Shown here: piece by piece, positions 37,569 to 47,602 of the stretch
Numbering within the stretch: the stretch's first letter is position 1
Layout of the letters: each line of letters starts with the position of its first letter
Assembly: GCA_964347045.1 (NCBI GenBank)
Contig: CAYFXC010000009.1
Location: 1-64,000 of the forward strand
Source of the DNA: an uncultured archaeon
GTDB taxonomy: Archaea > Asgardarchaeota > Hermodarchaeia > Hermodarchaeales > Hermodarchaeaceae
Length of the DNA: 64,000 nt
Direction of reading: 5' to 3'
Position numbers and translations under genes: made by a program
Notes under the pieces: generated by a model
What the model was told of the DNA's origin: nothing
Databases searched by the model: none
The model's input: the letters and a program-made list of their open reading frames with translations, nothing else

Positions 37569-39257
37569 ATGGGAATGATCCCTCGGATAGCTGTCCTCGC
37601 AATAATCTGTTGTTTTCTAATAGTATCAATTCCTATGCTACCTTCAATTCCCCTATTGCCATCAGATTTGTCTGCAAATCTTGTTATAAAGGAAAACGAA
37701 TTATCACAACCAACCCTCAGCACTTTCTCTATCAAGAATGCTGGAAACGTCTCATGGATTTGGGATGAGTATGCCAATGCAACTGGTCCTCTTCAAGGGG
37801 ATGACGTTCTGCACTGGGGACCAACTTTAGGACCATTCCATAATTACTCCGAGATCCTTGCTCATATTGATGATCGGGTAACAGAATTCCCTGAGTTCCT
37901 TGATGTATTCAATATTGGAGTCAGTTATCATGGATTACCAATTCCCTGTATTCAAATTACTGCTCCTGGAGATTACTCGCATCGACGGGGATTTCTTATT
38001 GTTGCACACCACCATGGTCGTGAAGCCATCACAGTTGAAAATGCTCTCTATTTTTTAGATTATATTCTTGTAAATTCCAGTCAACCAGCAGTGCAACAGA
38101 TTCTTAGCACTTTTGTATTCTATCTAATCCCAACCTTAAACCCAGATACATTAGAAATACTCCACATCAATCCTTGGCAACGAAGAAACCTACGTCCTGT
38201 CGACGATGATGGTGACGGTCTTGCAGACGAATGGGAGATACAAGACGTTAACGGAGACTATGTTGTTGACTTCTATGAGACAGAAGAGGAATGGTATTAC
38301 ACCTTTGAAGGGATAGATTTAGATGGAGATGGCAATACTGGTGAGGATAAGCCTGGAGGGGTCGACCTGAATCGTAACTATCCCATCGCCTTTGCATATG
38401 GCGTCGATGAGCCCCGTGCAGAGATCTATCATGGACAAGCGCCTTTCAGTGAACCTGAAACTCAAGCAATGCGAAATTTCACAGTACAATATTCTGAGAA
38501 TCTTGTATTTGCACTATCTTTGCATAGTGGGATTGAGGTGTTAGCAACACCATGGGGTCACACTGACGAACCAAGTCACCATGAACCCTTCTTCGCAAAT
38601 CTAGGAGCCGCTGTTGAAGCCGCTTCAGGTTATGAATGGTTGACTGCCATCCAATTATATCCCATATTTGGGTCATGGATGGATTGGATGTATGGTGAGT
38701 ACGGAATCCCCGCAGTGGGATTGGAAACCTATGGCAATGAATCTGCTTGGGGACATAGCATTTGGGACTATTTCAACCCCAGTGCTAATGAAGTACTCTC
38801 ATTCTGTGTTCGGGTCAAAGATGCAATCTTTGCGATGGTTGATGTGCTTTTAGATGAGCCCGGTGATCCAGTGATTGTTGTTCCTAGTGTAGTTTCAAGC
38901 GTGATATCCACACTTGTTTCTGTATATATCGATTCGAGTCTAAGTGGATTTGAAATTCTTTTGCTTGAGTATCGTTACGATCCTGCTAATAATTTCAATT
39001 GGATTGGAATCCCATTAATACATCAAGGAGGAAATCGATATGACGCCATGGTTCCTGCCCCATTACTTGGTGGAATTATGGAACTCCACGTTTATGGTCA
39101 AGACTTCGCAGGACATGTAATCTACTCGGATTCAGTTTCTTATTCAATATCCGCCTCGCTATTCATTGGGCTTGTCTCAATTAGTATTCTCCTCATTTTT
39201 ATCATTGTGGTCATTATAGGAATTGTAATTCGTCGACAGCTTCGTAAAAGAACCTAG
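37569..39257 (+). CDS. Secreted, membrane-anchored M14 zinc carboxypeptidase
   Basis: Signal peptide; HGRE, NPD, RRN, GVDLNRNY, PFSEPET, SLHS, LETYG; C-terminal TM helix followed by RRQLRKR. Confidence 0.9.
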   Translation: MGMIPRIAVLAIICCFLIVSIPMLPSIPLLPSDLSANLVIKENELSQPTLSTFSIKNAGNVSWIWDEYANATGPLQGDDVLHWGPTLGPFHNYSEILAHIDDRVTEFPEFLDVFNIGVSYHGLPIPCIQITAPGDYSHRRGFLIVAHHHGREAITVENALYFLDYILVNSSQPAVQQILSTFVFYLIPTLNPDTLEILHINPWQRRNLRPVDDDGDGLADEWEIQDVNGDYVVDFYETEEEWYYTFEGIDLDGDGNTGEDKPGGVDLNRNYPIAFAYGVDEPRAEIYHGQAPFSEPETQAMRNFTVQYSENLVFALSLHSGIEVLATPWGHTDEPSHHEPFFANLGAAVEAASGYEWLTAIQLYPIFGSWMDWMYGEYGIPAVGLETYGNESAWGHSIWDYFNPSANEVLSFCVRVKDAIFAMVDVLLDEPGDPVIVVPSVVSSVISTLVSVYIDSSLSGFEILLLEYRYDPANNFNWIGIPLIHQGGNRYDAMVPAPLLGGIMELHVYGQDFAGHVIYSDSVSYSISASLFIGLVSISILLIFIIVVIIGIVIRRQLRKRT

Positions 39258-39330
39258 ATACGCTTGAAAGTAAGGCTTTTTGGGTACATCTAGCCAAGAC
39301 CAAATGACTTTCTTATTAGGAGATTCATCA

Positions 39331-40794
39331 ATGACGAAACAACAAGACCAACTTATTGCAGTTGTTGACCTTGGCACAACAGGAAGCCGTTGTGTACTAT
39401 TTAATCTTCAAGGTCAGGAAATAGTCAAAGCGTACCGTGAATTTCCCACGATAACTGAGGAACCCGAGCAAGCTGAACAAGATGCCGAGGATTGGTGGCG
39501 AACCACACGGGAGTCTATGCAAGAAGCACTCAAACACAAACAAATTGATCTCAAGAAAATCGCTGCGGTCTCAGTTGTTACTCAACGAGCCACACTCGTA
39601 CCCCTAGATAAGAATAATAACCCCCTCACTCGGGCAGTTACCTGGATGGATGTACGGATTTCCCCATCAGCCGAACAGTTCGAAGCGATTGTGAAACACC
39701 GAACAAGTGTTCGACGTGCATTATGGTTTAGGGATATGCAACCCAAAATCTACAATCAGGTGCACAAATTCGCCACACCTGACGCATTCTTATATCAACG
39801 CCTAACAGGAAATCTCTCTTCTGATTTAACCAATCATAGATTCGGAATTTTAAACCTCGAAACCTTTACACTTGACAAAAAGCTAGGCGACGAATTGGAA
39901 CTACCTACTTCAATTTGGCCTGACTTGGTTCACTCTGGGTCAATCGTTGGCGAAATCTCTAGAGAAGCTTCCAAGCAAACTGGAGTACCTTCTGGAATAC
40001 CAGTTGTGGTTGGTGGAGGAGATCAACAGTGTTCGACAATCGGATTAGGTGTACTAAACAAAGGAGAAGCAAAGCTCACAACAGGTTCTGGCTCCTTCTT
40101 AGTAACACCCGTCGATGAAATCATGCAAGATCCTATGGGCATTCTTTTCATCCATCCACATGTTATACCAAAACAGTATGTCTTAGAAGGTGTTGTTCCA
40201 GGCACTGGAACAATTCTTCGTTGGTTCCGTGATGAATTTGGACACGTTGAATGTGCCGTTGCCGAACGCCTCGGAACGGATCCCTACAAATACATCGTCG
40301 CAGAAGCCGCACAAGCTCCCCCCGGATGTGATGGAATCGTTCTCTTTCCATTTTTCATCTTTGGAATTGGGCAGATCCATGGGCTGGGATTTCAACACAC
40401 ACGTGCACACATTGCCCGAGCCATTCTAGAAGGCGTAGCCTATATTACCCGGTTTTTCATTGATACGATGTCATCAATAGGTGTTGCAATAGATAATATC
40501 CGTATGGATGGAGGAGGGTCTCGGTCTCCTCTTTGGCGACAAATTCAAAGTGATATAAGTGGGAGACCAGGGATTTACACAGGTGTTGATGAAGGAACTG
40601 CTTTAGGTGCTGCGATTCTATCAGCAGTAGGGCTTAATATTTTTCCCACTGTTGAGAAAGCAATTAAGGAGATGGTACATCAACAACAAACTCATATTCC
40701 CAATCCTGATAACAATGAAGTTTATGCTCAAAACTATTCAAAATATCAACAAATCCTAATGAGTAATTTGCAAGAACTGGCAAAACACATCTAA
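39331..40794 (+). CDS. FGGY-family carbohydrate kinase (xylulokinase-like)
   Basis: VDLGTTGSR, AEQD..DWW, QRAT, WMD.R, GGGDQQ, AILEGVA, GGGSRS.LW.QI. ATG 39331 follows AGGAGA. Confidence 0.9.
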   Translation: MTKQQDQLIAVVDLGTTGSRCVLFNLQGQEIVKAYREFPTITEEPEQAEQDAEDWWRTTRESMQEALKHKQIDLKKIAAVSVVTQRATLVPLDKNNNPLTRAVTWMDVRISPSAEQFEAIVKHRTSVRRALWFRDMQPKIYNQVHKFATPDAFLYQRLTGNLSSDLTNHRFGILNLETFTLDKKLGDELELPTSIWPDLVHSGSIVGEISREASKQTGVPSGIPVVVGGGDQQCSTIGLGVLNKGEAKLTTGSGSFLVTPVDEIMQDPMGILFIHPHVIPKQYVLEGVVPGTGTILRWFRDEFGHVECAVAERLGTDPYKYIVAEAAQAPPGCDGIVLFPFFIFGIGQIHGLGFQHTRAHIARAILEGVAYITRFFIDTMSSIGVAIDNIRMDGGGSRSPLWRQIQSDISGRPGIYTGVDEGTALGAAILSAVGLNIFPTVEKAIKEMVHQQQTHIPNPDNNEVYAQNYSKYQQILMSNLQELAKHI

Positions 40795-40812
40795 GAATGA
40801 TGAATTGAAAAA

Positions 40813-41337
40813 ATGGATGCTCTTGAAAAAATAAAAACTAGGAAGTCAATTCGTGCATTTACAAATCAAGAAGTATCAAAAGATCAGGTTAAAACGCTAC
40901 TTAATGCAATGATCGCAAGCCCAAGTGCCGGTAATAGACAGCCATGGCGGATCTATGTTGTTCGTGATGAGACTGTTAAAAAGAACTTGGCCTCTGGTGC
41001 TTATAACCAAGAATTCATCACAGAGGCTTCAGTGGTTTTTGTAGTATGCCGCATTCCGGAAGAATCGGGTGCAAGGTAAAAAGATCGTGGACGCAACTTC
41101 TATTCTATTCAAGATACAGCAGCAATGACTCAAAACTTGTTATTGGTTGTGAATGCCTTGGGACTTAGGGCTTGTTGGGTTGGGGCATTTAATGACCAGG
41201 CCATAGCTGCAGCTATTGATTGTCCAGAAGGTGTACAACCAGCGGCAATTATACCGGTTGGTTATCCGGATGAGTTCCCTCCTTATCGCCCTCGACGATC
41301 AATCGAGTCAATTGTTCACTTTATTCCGCCAACATAG
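40813..41337 (+). pseudogene. Nitroreductase family gene with one in-frame TAA
   Basis: RKSIRAF, SPSAGNRQPW, then GAR*KDRGRNFYSIQDTAAMTQNLLL..GL.ACWVGAF in the same frame. Stop at 41077-41079. Confidence 0.85.
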
Positions 41338-41345
41338 AATTAGAC

Positions 41346-42035
41346 TTACATTTGTTTCTGTAAGATCAACAGGATACAGAGGGGATAGACCCAGATAATC
41401 GCAGTCACTGCGGAGATAATTTCGGGTATTGCAACACCCGTGAAAGGTAGGAAATTCAGGTAGTATGCTACCCAGATTAGTGCACTAATCAATGCTAGGA
41501 TAAATGCCATAGCACCAATTAAGCGAAGGTGTTTCTCTTGCATTAAACGAATCCCGTAGATTATTCCGGCTAACAAAAGCGTAAGGAAGAACCCTACTGA
41601 AACCACAAAATGGGTATATCCAAATCCTTCATGAAAGACCCCAATACCGATGAGGAAAAACTGGGCAATTGTCAAAAGAATCGCTGCAATTACTCCAATA
41701 ACTGAGCCTTCAAACACTTGGTGACGGATCAACCAAAAGGTTAGAATTAATACGAAAAGCCCCGCGAGTATCAAGCTGGTGTTGAAAATGGGGGCCGCAG
41801 AATTACTGGGGTGTCCTAAGTCACTGAGTGCATCAGTGAACCAATTGAACCATGGCGATAAATAAATTGCCAAGACTATTCCAATCAAAGCGGTAAATGG
41901 TCCAATTATTCCACACAATCCAGCAAACCGTGATGAAAGAATAAATTCAACAATAGGATGGCGGTCTTTTTGCTCCTTCTTTTCGGTAATAAAAATACAC
42001 CCCTCATTTTTCGATTGATTACACTTGCTAAGCAT
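41346..42035 (-). CDS. DUF998-like membrane protein
   Basis: PWFNWFTDALSDLG, FN.SLI..G, GIGVF.E...H, AIPEI. Confidence 0.8.
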   Translation of the reverse strand: MLSKCNQSKNEGCIFITEKKEQKDRHPIVEFILSSRFAGLCGIIGPFTALIGIVLAIYLSPWFNWFTDALSDLGHPSNSAAPIFNTSLILAGLFVLILTFWLIRHQVFEGSVIGVIAAILLTIAQFFLIGIGVFHEGFGYTHFVVSVGFFLTLLLAGIIYGIRLMQEKHLRLIGAMAFILALISALIWVAYYLNFLPFTGVAIPEIISAVTAIIWVYPLCILLILQKQM

Positions 42036-42266
42036 TGAGGAAGAAGAAAAGACTTGTGCCTTAACAGCATTTTAAACTAAATTATAATTCAGAGCCAAAA
42101 CGATACATCGTCTTGGGACCACGAATACCATAGATAGCTCCAAGTTGTGGAGAGATTAGATAGGATTGCCCCTTGTGACCTTGATTATGAGTCTTTGAAG
42201 ACATAACAAAAACTCACTTGAAAGTTTTGTAGACAATACTTTGAATGTCCATAGCAGTCTGTAGAA

Positions 42267-42914
42267 TTATTTGTTTTGTTTTTGTACGAAGGGACGAAGC
42301 TCTATGGGCAGCGGTTCACCGATGGCTGTGAACTCTGAAGCCAAAGTTGTCATGAATTTAACAAGTAACTGGTGTCTAGGTTTTGCGAGTTGTTTTCCCG
42401 TATTCGTCAGCATTCGGTCACAGAGATTCAACAACTTTTGTTTTATGTGTTCAATCGTTCCTTGGAGTCCCCGTTGTTGGACAAGACTTTCTGCGATAGT
42501 TCGAGCTAGTCCCAATGCTCCAATGGCATCAAGTTTATCGGCGTCACTTAGGATTTCACCTTCTAACGATTCTGGCATCTCATTCTCACTATATCGGTGT
42601 GTCCGAATTGCACTAGCTACAACTGGTAATTTCTCACTAGGAAAGGAGGTCGTAGCTAAAAACGCCACAGCCATATTGGCGCCGACCTTAGCATGGGATT
42701 CTCTTGTCACCTCTTCTTCAGGGCGCCCAATATCATGAAGTAGGGCTGCTGCTTCAAGTATTTCCAAATCCGCTTTTTCTTTTTCTCCTATTAGCAAACA
42801 TAATTGACGTACTCGCAGTGTGTGTTCATAAGAATGCGCACCACGTTTACCAAGGCGAATAGCATTGTAGGCAAACTTTTCAATGGTTCCCACGAGTGTA
42901 CTGTCCATTGGCAC
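42267..42914 (-). CDS. HD-domain phosphohydrolase
   Basis: AHSYEHTLRV, AALLHDIGR, HA..GA, IRTHRY, DADKLDAIGA. Confidence 0.9.
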   Translation of the reverse strand: MPMDSTLVGTIEKFAYNAIRLGKRGAHSYEHTLRVRQLCLLIGEKEKADLEILEAAALLHDIGRPEEEVTRESHAKVGANMAVAFLATTSFPSEKLPVVASAIRTHRYSENEMPESLEGEILSDADKLDAIGALGLARTIAESLVQQRGLQGTIEHIKQKLLNLCDRMLTNTGKQLAKPRHQLLVKFMTTLASEFTAIGEPLPIELRPFVQKQNK

Positions 42915-43083
42915 TCACCAAATTATTAATTTTCCATTCTTCTAATTTCTATCAGCTTCCTCCGGTGATAAAAAATTAGTCTAATTTCCAAATTGAGGAA
43001 GTAGAGAAATTTACTATCTTTCAAGAGAGAAGGCGTAAACTATAAGGGTGCTATCCTTGGGAGAATAGTTACCATATTTATGG

Positions 43084-43575
43084 ATGTTGAATGTTATGGG
43101 TTTGTTTGGCTTTCTTTTACTGATAATCGGTGGTGGACTTCTCCTTTATTCAGGGCTGGATCTTGCTCTTGATGCTTCCTTAGCTGTTCTACTTTCAGCG
43201 TTTCTTGATTCAATTCTAGGTTCACCCTTAGGAACTCAGATTGCGCATGCCCTTGTGATTATTACCAGCCTTGGTGGTGTCTTCGTCATTGTTGGGGCTA
43301 TTATTTGGTATGCTGCAGGTTCTGGTATCTTTGCTACGATTGGTCGAATTATCGTCTCGCTCGCGACCTTTACTGCTTTCTATTATATTGTTAATCAGGT
43401 TCTGATAGCCTTTGGTGCGGGTTTATTCAGTCAGCCCATTGAAGTTATTCTAGCCTATTTCTTAGGGCTAGGAATTGGCTTTGCCAGTATCATAATGATT
43501 CTAGTGGGGAACTTCATCGGAGCAGGGCGTAAGAAAAAAGTCCCTGCATCTTATGAAGATACTCAAGGCGCATAG
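43084..43575 (+). CDS. Small membrane protein (4 TM)
   Basis: Hydrophobic helices and a basic C-terminal tail. Confidence 0.7.
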   Translation: MLNVMGLFGFLLLIIGGGLLLYSGLDLALDASLAVLLSAFLDSILGSPLGTQIAHALVIITSLGGVFVIVGAIIWYAAGSGIFATIGRIIVSLATFTAFYYIVNQVLIAFGAGLFSQPIEVILAYFLGLGIGFASIIMILVGNFIGAGRKKKVPASYEDTQGA

Positions 43576-43584
43576 TTGCCAATC

Positions 43585-44835
43585 TTATGTTTCATCTTTT
43601 ATCTTTCTTTGTCGAAGGGTCTCCGGAACGAGAAGTACGACGACGAAAAAGGCAATAGTATTCATAATCATCGCAAAGAGCATGTTACCTCTAAATGTTA
43701 GGAATAAAAATTGGACTAATGCGCCGCCAATAATTGGTCCGATAGCCATTCCCAGAGAATTTGCTGTTGCAATCGTCGACATAGCTCGCGCCCTTTGCTC
43801 AATCTTACTCAGATCTGCTGCGGCTGCATAGCTTGCAGTAGATAATAAGGGGTAAAGTGGAATAAACCACAGAAGCATCGCAACCAACGGATTAACTATG
43901 AACAGATACACCAACATGAATAGGGTATACCCGACAAATCCAAGCAGGATAATAGGTTTGCGTCCTATCCGATCACTGCTAAATCCTGCGGCAAGAGTCA
44001 CCCCTAATCCGAAAAATGCTGCAAAGCCATTGGCTACTCCTATCATCAAGGGTGTTCCACCAATTTCTGACACTAAATAGACTCCAAAAAAATAAGCGAA
44101 AGCATTAACCCCAATACTACCAATTGCTATGGCTACTGCGAGTATCAATAAAATCCAAAGGTGGGGTTTCCACCAGGGTTTCGATGAGGGAGTTGATTTT
44201 CGTTGATTTTTCGTAGGCCCAATTTGCTCGGATGAATTGGGGATTTCTCGAACAAAGATGAGGATAATCAGAGCTCCTGCAAGAAACGCGAAACATCCGA
44301 GGAAGAATAAACCTGTCATTCCAATGAAAGAAAATAAGAATCCGCCGGTAAATGCTCCAATAGCCCAACCAATACTGCTGGTAGCCAGAAGGAGTCCCAC
44401 AGCTTCTCCCTTGAAAGTACGGGCTTCTGTGAGATATGCGTTGGCCATTGGTACCGCTGCAACCGAGAAGAGATATGCGGCACAAGTAACAATGAGGAAT
44501 GTTAGACTATCTTGGATTAGAATATACAAAAAGAAACTGATGGCTTGAGCAAGGAATCCCGCTATTATAAAGGGAAGTCGACGGTGCCACCGGTCAGACA
44601 ACGACCCCCATAAGTACACACCTGTTAGGCCAATAAGAACAGGTAGTCCTCCAATCAAACCGATTAGGAAAAAAGCAGTTTCACCAATCCCTGCGAATAG
44701 ATAGAAGCTCCCAAATTGCCAGAAAATGGACTGCGAAAAGTGAAACAGTGAAAATCCAAGTAGAATTCCCCATATGTAACGACGGAGCACGATAGATGCA
44801 GAGCTTCGGCCATCATTTTCTACTGGTATAACCAT
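43585..44835 (-). CDS. MFS transporter
   Basis: 12 TM helices; motif A variants WGSLSDRWHRR and GFSSDRIGRK. Confidence 0.9.
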   Translation of the reverse strand: MVIPVENDGRSSASIVLRRYIWGILLGFSLFHFSQSIFWQFGSFYLFAGIGETAFFLIGLIGGLPVLIGLTGVYLWGSLSDRWHRRLPFIIAGFLAQAISFFLYILIQDSLTFLIVTCAAYLFSVAAVPMANAYLTEARTFKGEAVGLLLATSSIGWAIGAFTGGFLFSFIGMTGLFFLGCFAFLAGALIILIFVREIPNSSEQIGPTKNQRKSTPSSKPWWKPHLWILLILAVAIAIGSIGVNAFAYFFGVYLVSEIGGTPLMIGVANGFAAFFGLGVTLAAGFSSDRIGRKPIILLGFVGYTLFMLVYLFIVNPLVAMLLWFIPLYPLLSTASYAAAADLSKIEQRARAMSTIATANSLGMAIGPIIGGALVQFLFLTFRGNMLFAMIMNTIAFFVVVLLVPETLRQRKIKDET

Positions 44836-44944
44836 GAGCAGCCATGTCTACATCCAATTGAAAAAGCTATGCTTGTTGACATAAAGACTCAATAGGATTC
44901 AGCTTTCCAATGATTTTTTATTATTTCACCACCGCCAAAACTTT

Positions 44945-45661
44945 GTGAAAGTTCAACAACAAAACAACCAGGACATCCAAATCGGCGCTCTTCCTTTCGC
45001 TACCCCTTCGCGGATTCGAAGTTTTCAAAAATATATTCTTCGCTGGTATCAGAAATATGGTCGCGATCTTCCTTGGCGACACACCCGTGATCCCTATAAG
45101 ATTCTTGTGTCAGAAATTATGCTTCATCAAACCCAAGTGGACCGAGTGATTCCAAAATACCATGAATTCCTCAAAATGTATCCCGATTTCGAAACACTTG
45201 CTGTTGCCCGAGCTAAAGACTTACAAGAGCTCTGGCGTCCACTTGGCTATAATTTTCGGCCAGGGCGGCTCCAGCAGATTGCAAAATTGGTTGCTACTAA
45301 ATTCAATGGACAGCTCCCTGACACAGTCGAAGAACTCATGGCTTTACCCGGAATTGGTCGTTACACTGCAGGGGCAATCCTTAGCTTTGCGTTTCACAAG
45401 AATGCACCAATTCTTGATACTAATGTGCAGCGGCTAATTCAACGATATTTTGAAGTTAAAGGGAATCCACAACGCATTCCAGCAAAAAAACAGCTATGGC
45501 ACTTAGCAGAGATTGTAATTCCACGTGGGAAGGCATTTCTGTTCAATCAGGCACTTCTTGATTTTGGTGCTCTTGTATGTACAGCACGAAACCCCTTGTG
45601 TCAGACTTGTCCTCTCAATCAATTATGTCCGTATGGAATGGCACGCATGGCAATTATTTGA
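44945..45661 (+). CDS. HhH-GPD mismatch DNA glycosylase, MutY/MIG-like, short form without the C-terminal MutT-like domain
   Basis: RDLPWR, VSEIML.QT.V, LPGIGRYTA.A, DTNV.R, C..RNPLC..CPL...C [4Fe-4S] motif. Confidence 0.9.
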   Translation: MKVQQQNNQDIQIGALPFATPSRIRSFQKYILRWYQKYGRDLPWRHTRDPYKILVSEIMLHQTQVDRVIPKYHEFLKMYPDFETLAVARAKDLQELWRPLGYNFRPGRLQQIAKLVATKFNGQLPDTVEELMALPGIGRYTAGAILSFAFHKNAPILDTNVQRLIQRYFEVKGNPQRIPAKKQLWHLAEIVIPRGKAFLFNQALLDFGALVCTARNPLCQTCPLNQLCPYGMARMAII

Positions 45662-45662
45662 C

Positions 45663-46601
45663 TCATTGTTCATGTTTTTCTTCATGGGTTTCAAGTTCGG
45701 CAGTCGGCTTTTTGCTTGGATAATTGATTAACAGGATTCCAATGATTACAAGAACTAAACCAATGATAAAGGTCGGATAGATGGGTTCTTGTAATAATAT
45801 GAACGAGAAGAGGGTTCCGAAGACCGGGACGAGAGCAATGAAGACGGCTGATTTGCTCGCTCCAACGTTTTTTATTGCTAAAAAGTAGAATAGGAATCCC
45901 AATACCGTTACAATGATGCCCAAATAGAGAATGTTTAGCCAAAAGGTGAGGTCATACATCAAGGGGAGGGTCCAAAATTGTTCGAATAAGGCTCCGACAA
46001 AGAAGAGGAGGGTTCCAAAGAAAATACCCATCGCCGTGGCTTCAAGGGATGAGCGACCTCTCATAATAGATTTCCCAATAATGGAATATAAGCCCCAAGT
46101 AAACATTGCACAAATCAAAATGAGATTTCCGATAAGGTATTCGAATTGAAAATCAAGTACGGCTTGAATACCAACAACAAATACAATTCCCATGAAACTA
46201 AAGAAGAACCCGATATATCGCCATTTGGGTGTCAGTCGTTCGTGAAGGAAGAGAAATGCCAGTAGGCTAACAGTTACCGGGTTAATACCTGCGATGATAG
46301 ATCCTTGTGCGGCTGTTGTAAACTGCATACCTATTAGAAACAAGATTCCGTAACCAAAGATACCGATTAATCCGATAACAAAGAAGAGACTGAGATCTCG
46401 TGATGTATATGCTTTAATCGAATCACGTTGGGTTGCTATTAAAATGGGAAGATAAATGAGGCTCGCAGTGAAGAAGCGAAAGAAACCTACAGTCATTGGT
46501 GGACCCACGGAGACCACGATTTGTGCGGAAACCCAGCTTCCGCCCCAGAATACCATTGCTAGAATCAGCAAGGTGAAATATTTGATTGCTCTGAACGTCA
46601 T
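45663..46601 (-). CDS. EamA/DMT-family transporter
   Basis: 10 TM helices in two repeats; FWGGSW, FFRF, LHER, L.PVFG. Confidence 0.9.
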   Translation of the reverse strand: MTFRAIKYFTLLILAMVFWGGSWVSAQIVVSVGPPMTVGFFRFFTASLIYLPILIATQRDSIKAYTSRDLSLFFVIGLIGIFGYGILFLIGMQFTTAAQGSIIAGINPVTVSLLAFLFLHERLTPKWRYIGFFFSFMGIVFVVGIQAVLDFQFEYLIGNLILICAMFTWGLYSIIGKSIMRGRSSLEATAMGIFFGTLLFFVGALFEQFWTLPLMYDLTFWLNILYLGIIVTVLGFLFYFLAIKNVGASKSAVFIALVPVFGTLFSFILLQEPIYPTFIIGLVLVIIGILLINYPSKKPTAELETHEEKHEQ

Positions 46602-46707
46602 AGATCAAGGGCTCCAAGTTAAACGAGCACCCTTGACCTATTGAGCTAAAAATGAATGCATTAGCCAACTTATGCATTGTTATACAAATAACCCATTCAA
46701 TTGGAGT

Positions 46708-47478
46708 CTATTCTTTGAACAGTGTCGTCTGATACGCGCTGCGAAGGCGTCGCGATCGAGATTTTATGGTGCTCCGCTGCATCCACGGACGGCTGGGGTG
46801 TTTTTCCAATGTGAAGGTTTCAATGGTGTCTTGACGTGCATGATGGATAAGAACGTGGAACCTATGGCGAGCAGCTTGACCAATTCGAAGTGGTGATTCT
46901 GATGACCGTTTCGGAGCATCAGCGCTGGCCACGACAGCAACCTGATGAGTAAAAGCGAGTTGCTTCAGATACGCCGCTAACTGTGCACGACGGAAGATAC
47001 GTGAGTCAGTTAGACCATTTGGTGCTGTGAGTGTTTTTGTCTCTTCTTTCTCTTCTTCTTGGACGAGGTGCGTAAGGCCATTCACAAAAAGTATTGGAAT
47101 ATCTATCTTGAAGAGTGTGTTGGGTGCCTGGTCGAGGAGTGAGAGCAACTGATCTGTGGTGAACGCACGGGCGACATGAAGTCGATGCAGATGGGCTGCA
47201 GGAGGTTCAGGTAAGAATGATGCCCGTATGTGGGAGAGTATAGTGTCAGGGCGGATTGCATTGTTTGCATCGATGACGGCGACACCTCGGTGTAGGTCAT
47301 AGTGAAGCAGTGCGGTGCCTATAGACTGTTGCAGCAAACTTGTACAGTGGGGGCTTCCAAAAATGAGGTAGCTTAGACCTCCTTCGAAGCCACCCCCTAG
47401 AAGGTCATCAAGGAGTGTAATGCCCGTTGGACATTTCAGTTCTTGCTGCTGTACCATCGAAAACGCCGTTTGGAACAT
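46708..47478 (-). CDS. Inactivated RadA/RecA-superfamily protein
   Basis: TGITLLDDLLGGGF.GG...IFG followed by a broken Walker A (SPHCTS); VIDANN, VARAFT..QL, LKQLA....VAVV. Confidence 0.8.
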   Translation of the reverse strand: MFQTAFSMVQQQELKCPTGITLLDDLLGGGFEGGLSYLIFGSPHCTSLLQQSIGTALLHYDLHRGVAVIDANNAIRPDTILSHIRASFLPEPPAAHLHRLHVARAFTTDQLLSLLDQAPNTLFKIDIPILFVNGLTHLVQEEEKEETKTLTAPNGLTDSRIFRRAQLAAYLKQLAFTHQVAVVASADAPKRSSESPLRIGQAARHRFHVLIHHARQDTIETFTLEKHPSRPWMQRSTIKSRSRRLRSAYQTTLFKE

Positions 47479-47575
47479 CGTCTTCTTCCTTCGGATGCAG
47501 TGTAACTGGCATCAATCAATGGTGTGAAACACACTGATAGACTAGTGATAACAACCCTCAAAAACCCGCAAACCT

Positions 47576-47601
47576 ACACTCATATGAGTGTGACTAAGTC
47601 A
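47576..47601. promoter_or_regulatory. Palindromic candidate operator(s) in the divergent promoter region
   Basis: Perfect 16-bp palindrome ACACTCATATGAGTGT (47576-91) abutting TGACT-A-AGTCA (47591-601). Confidence 0.4.
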
Positions 47602-47602
47602 G

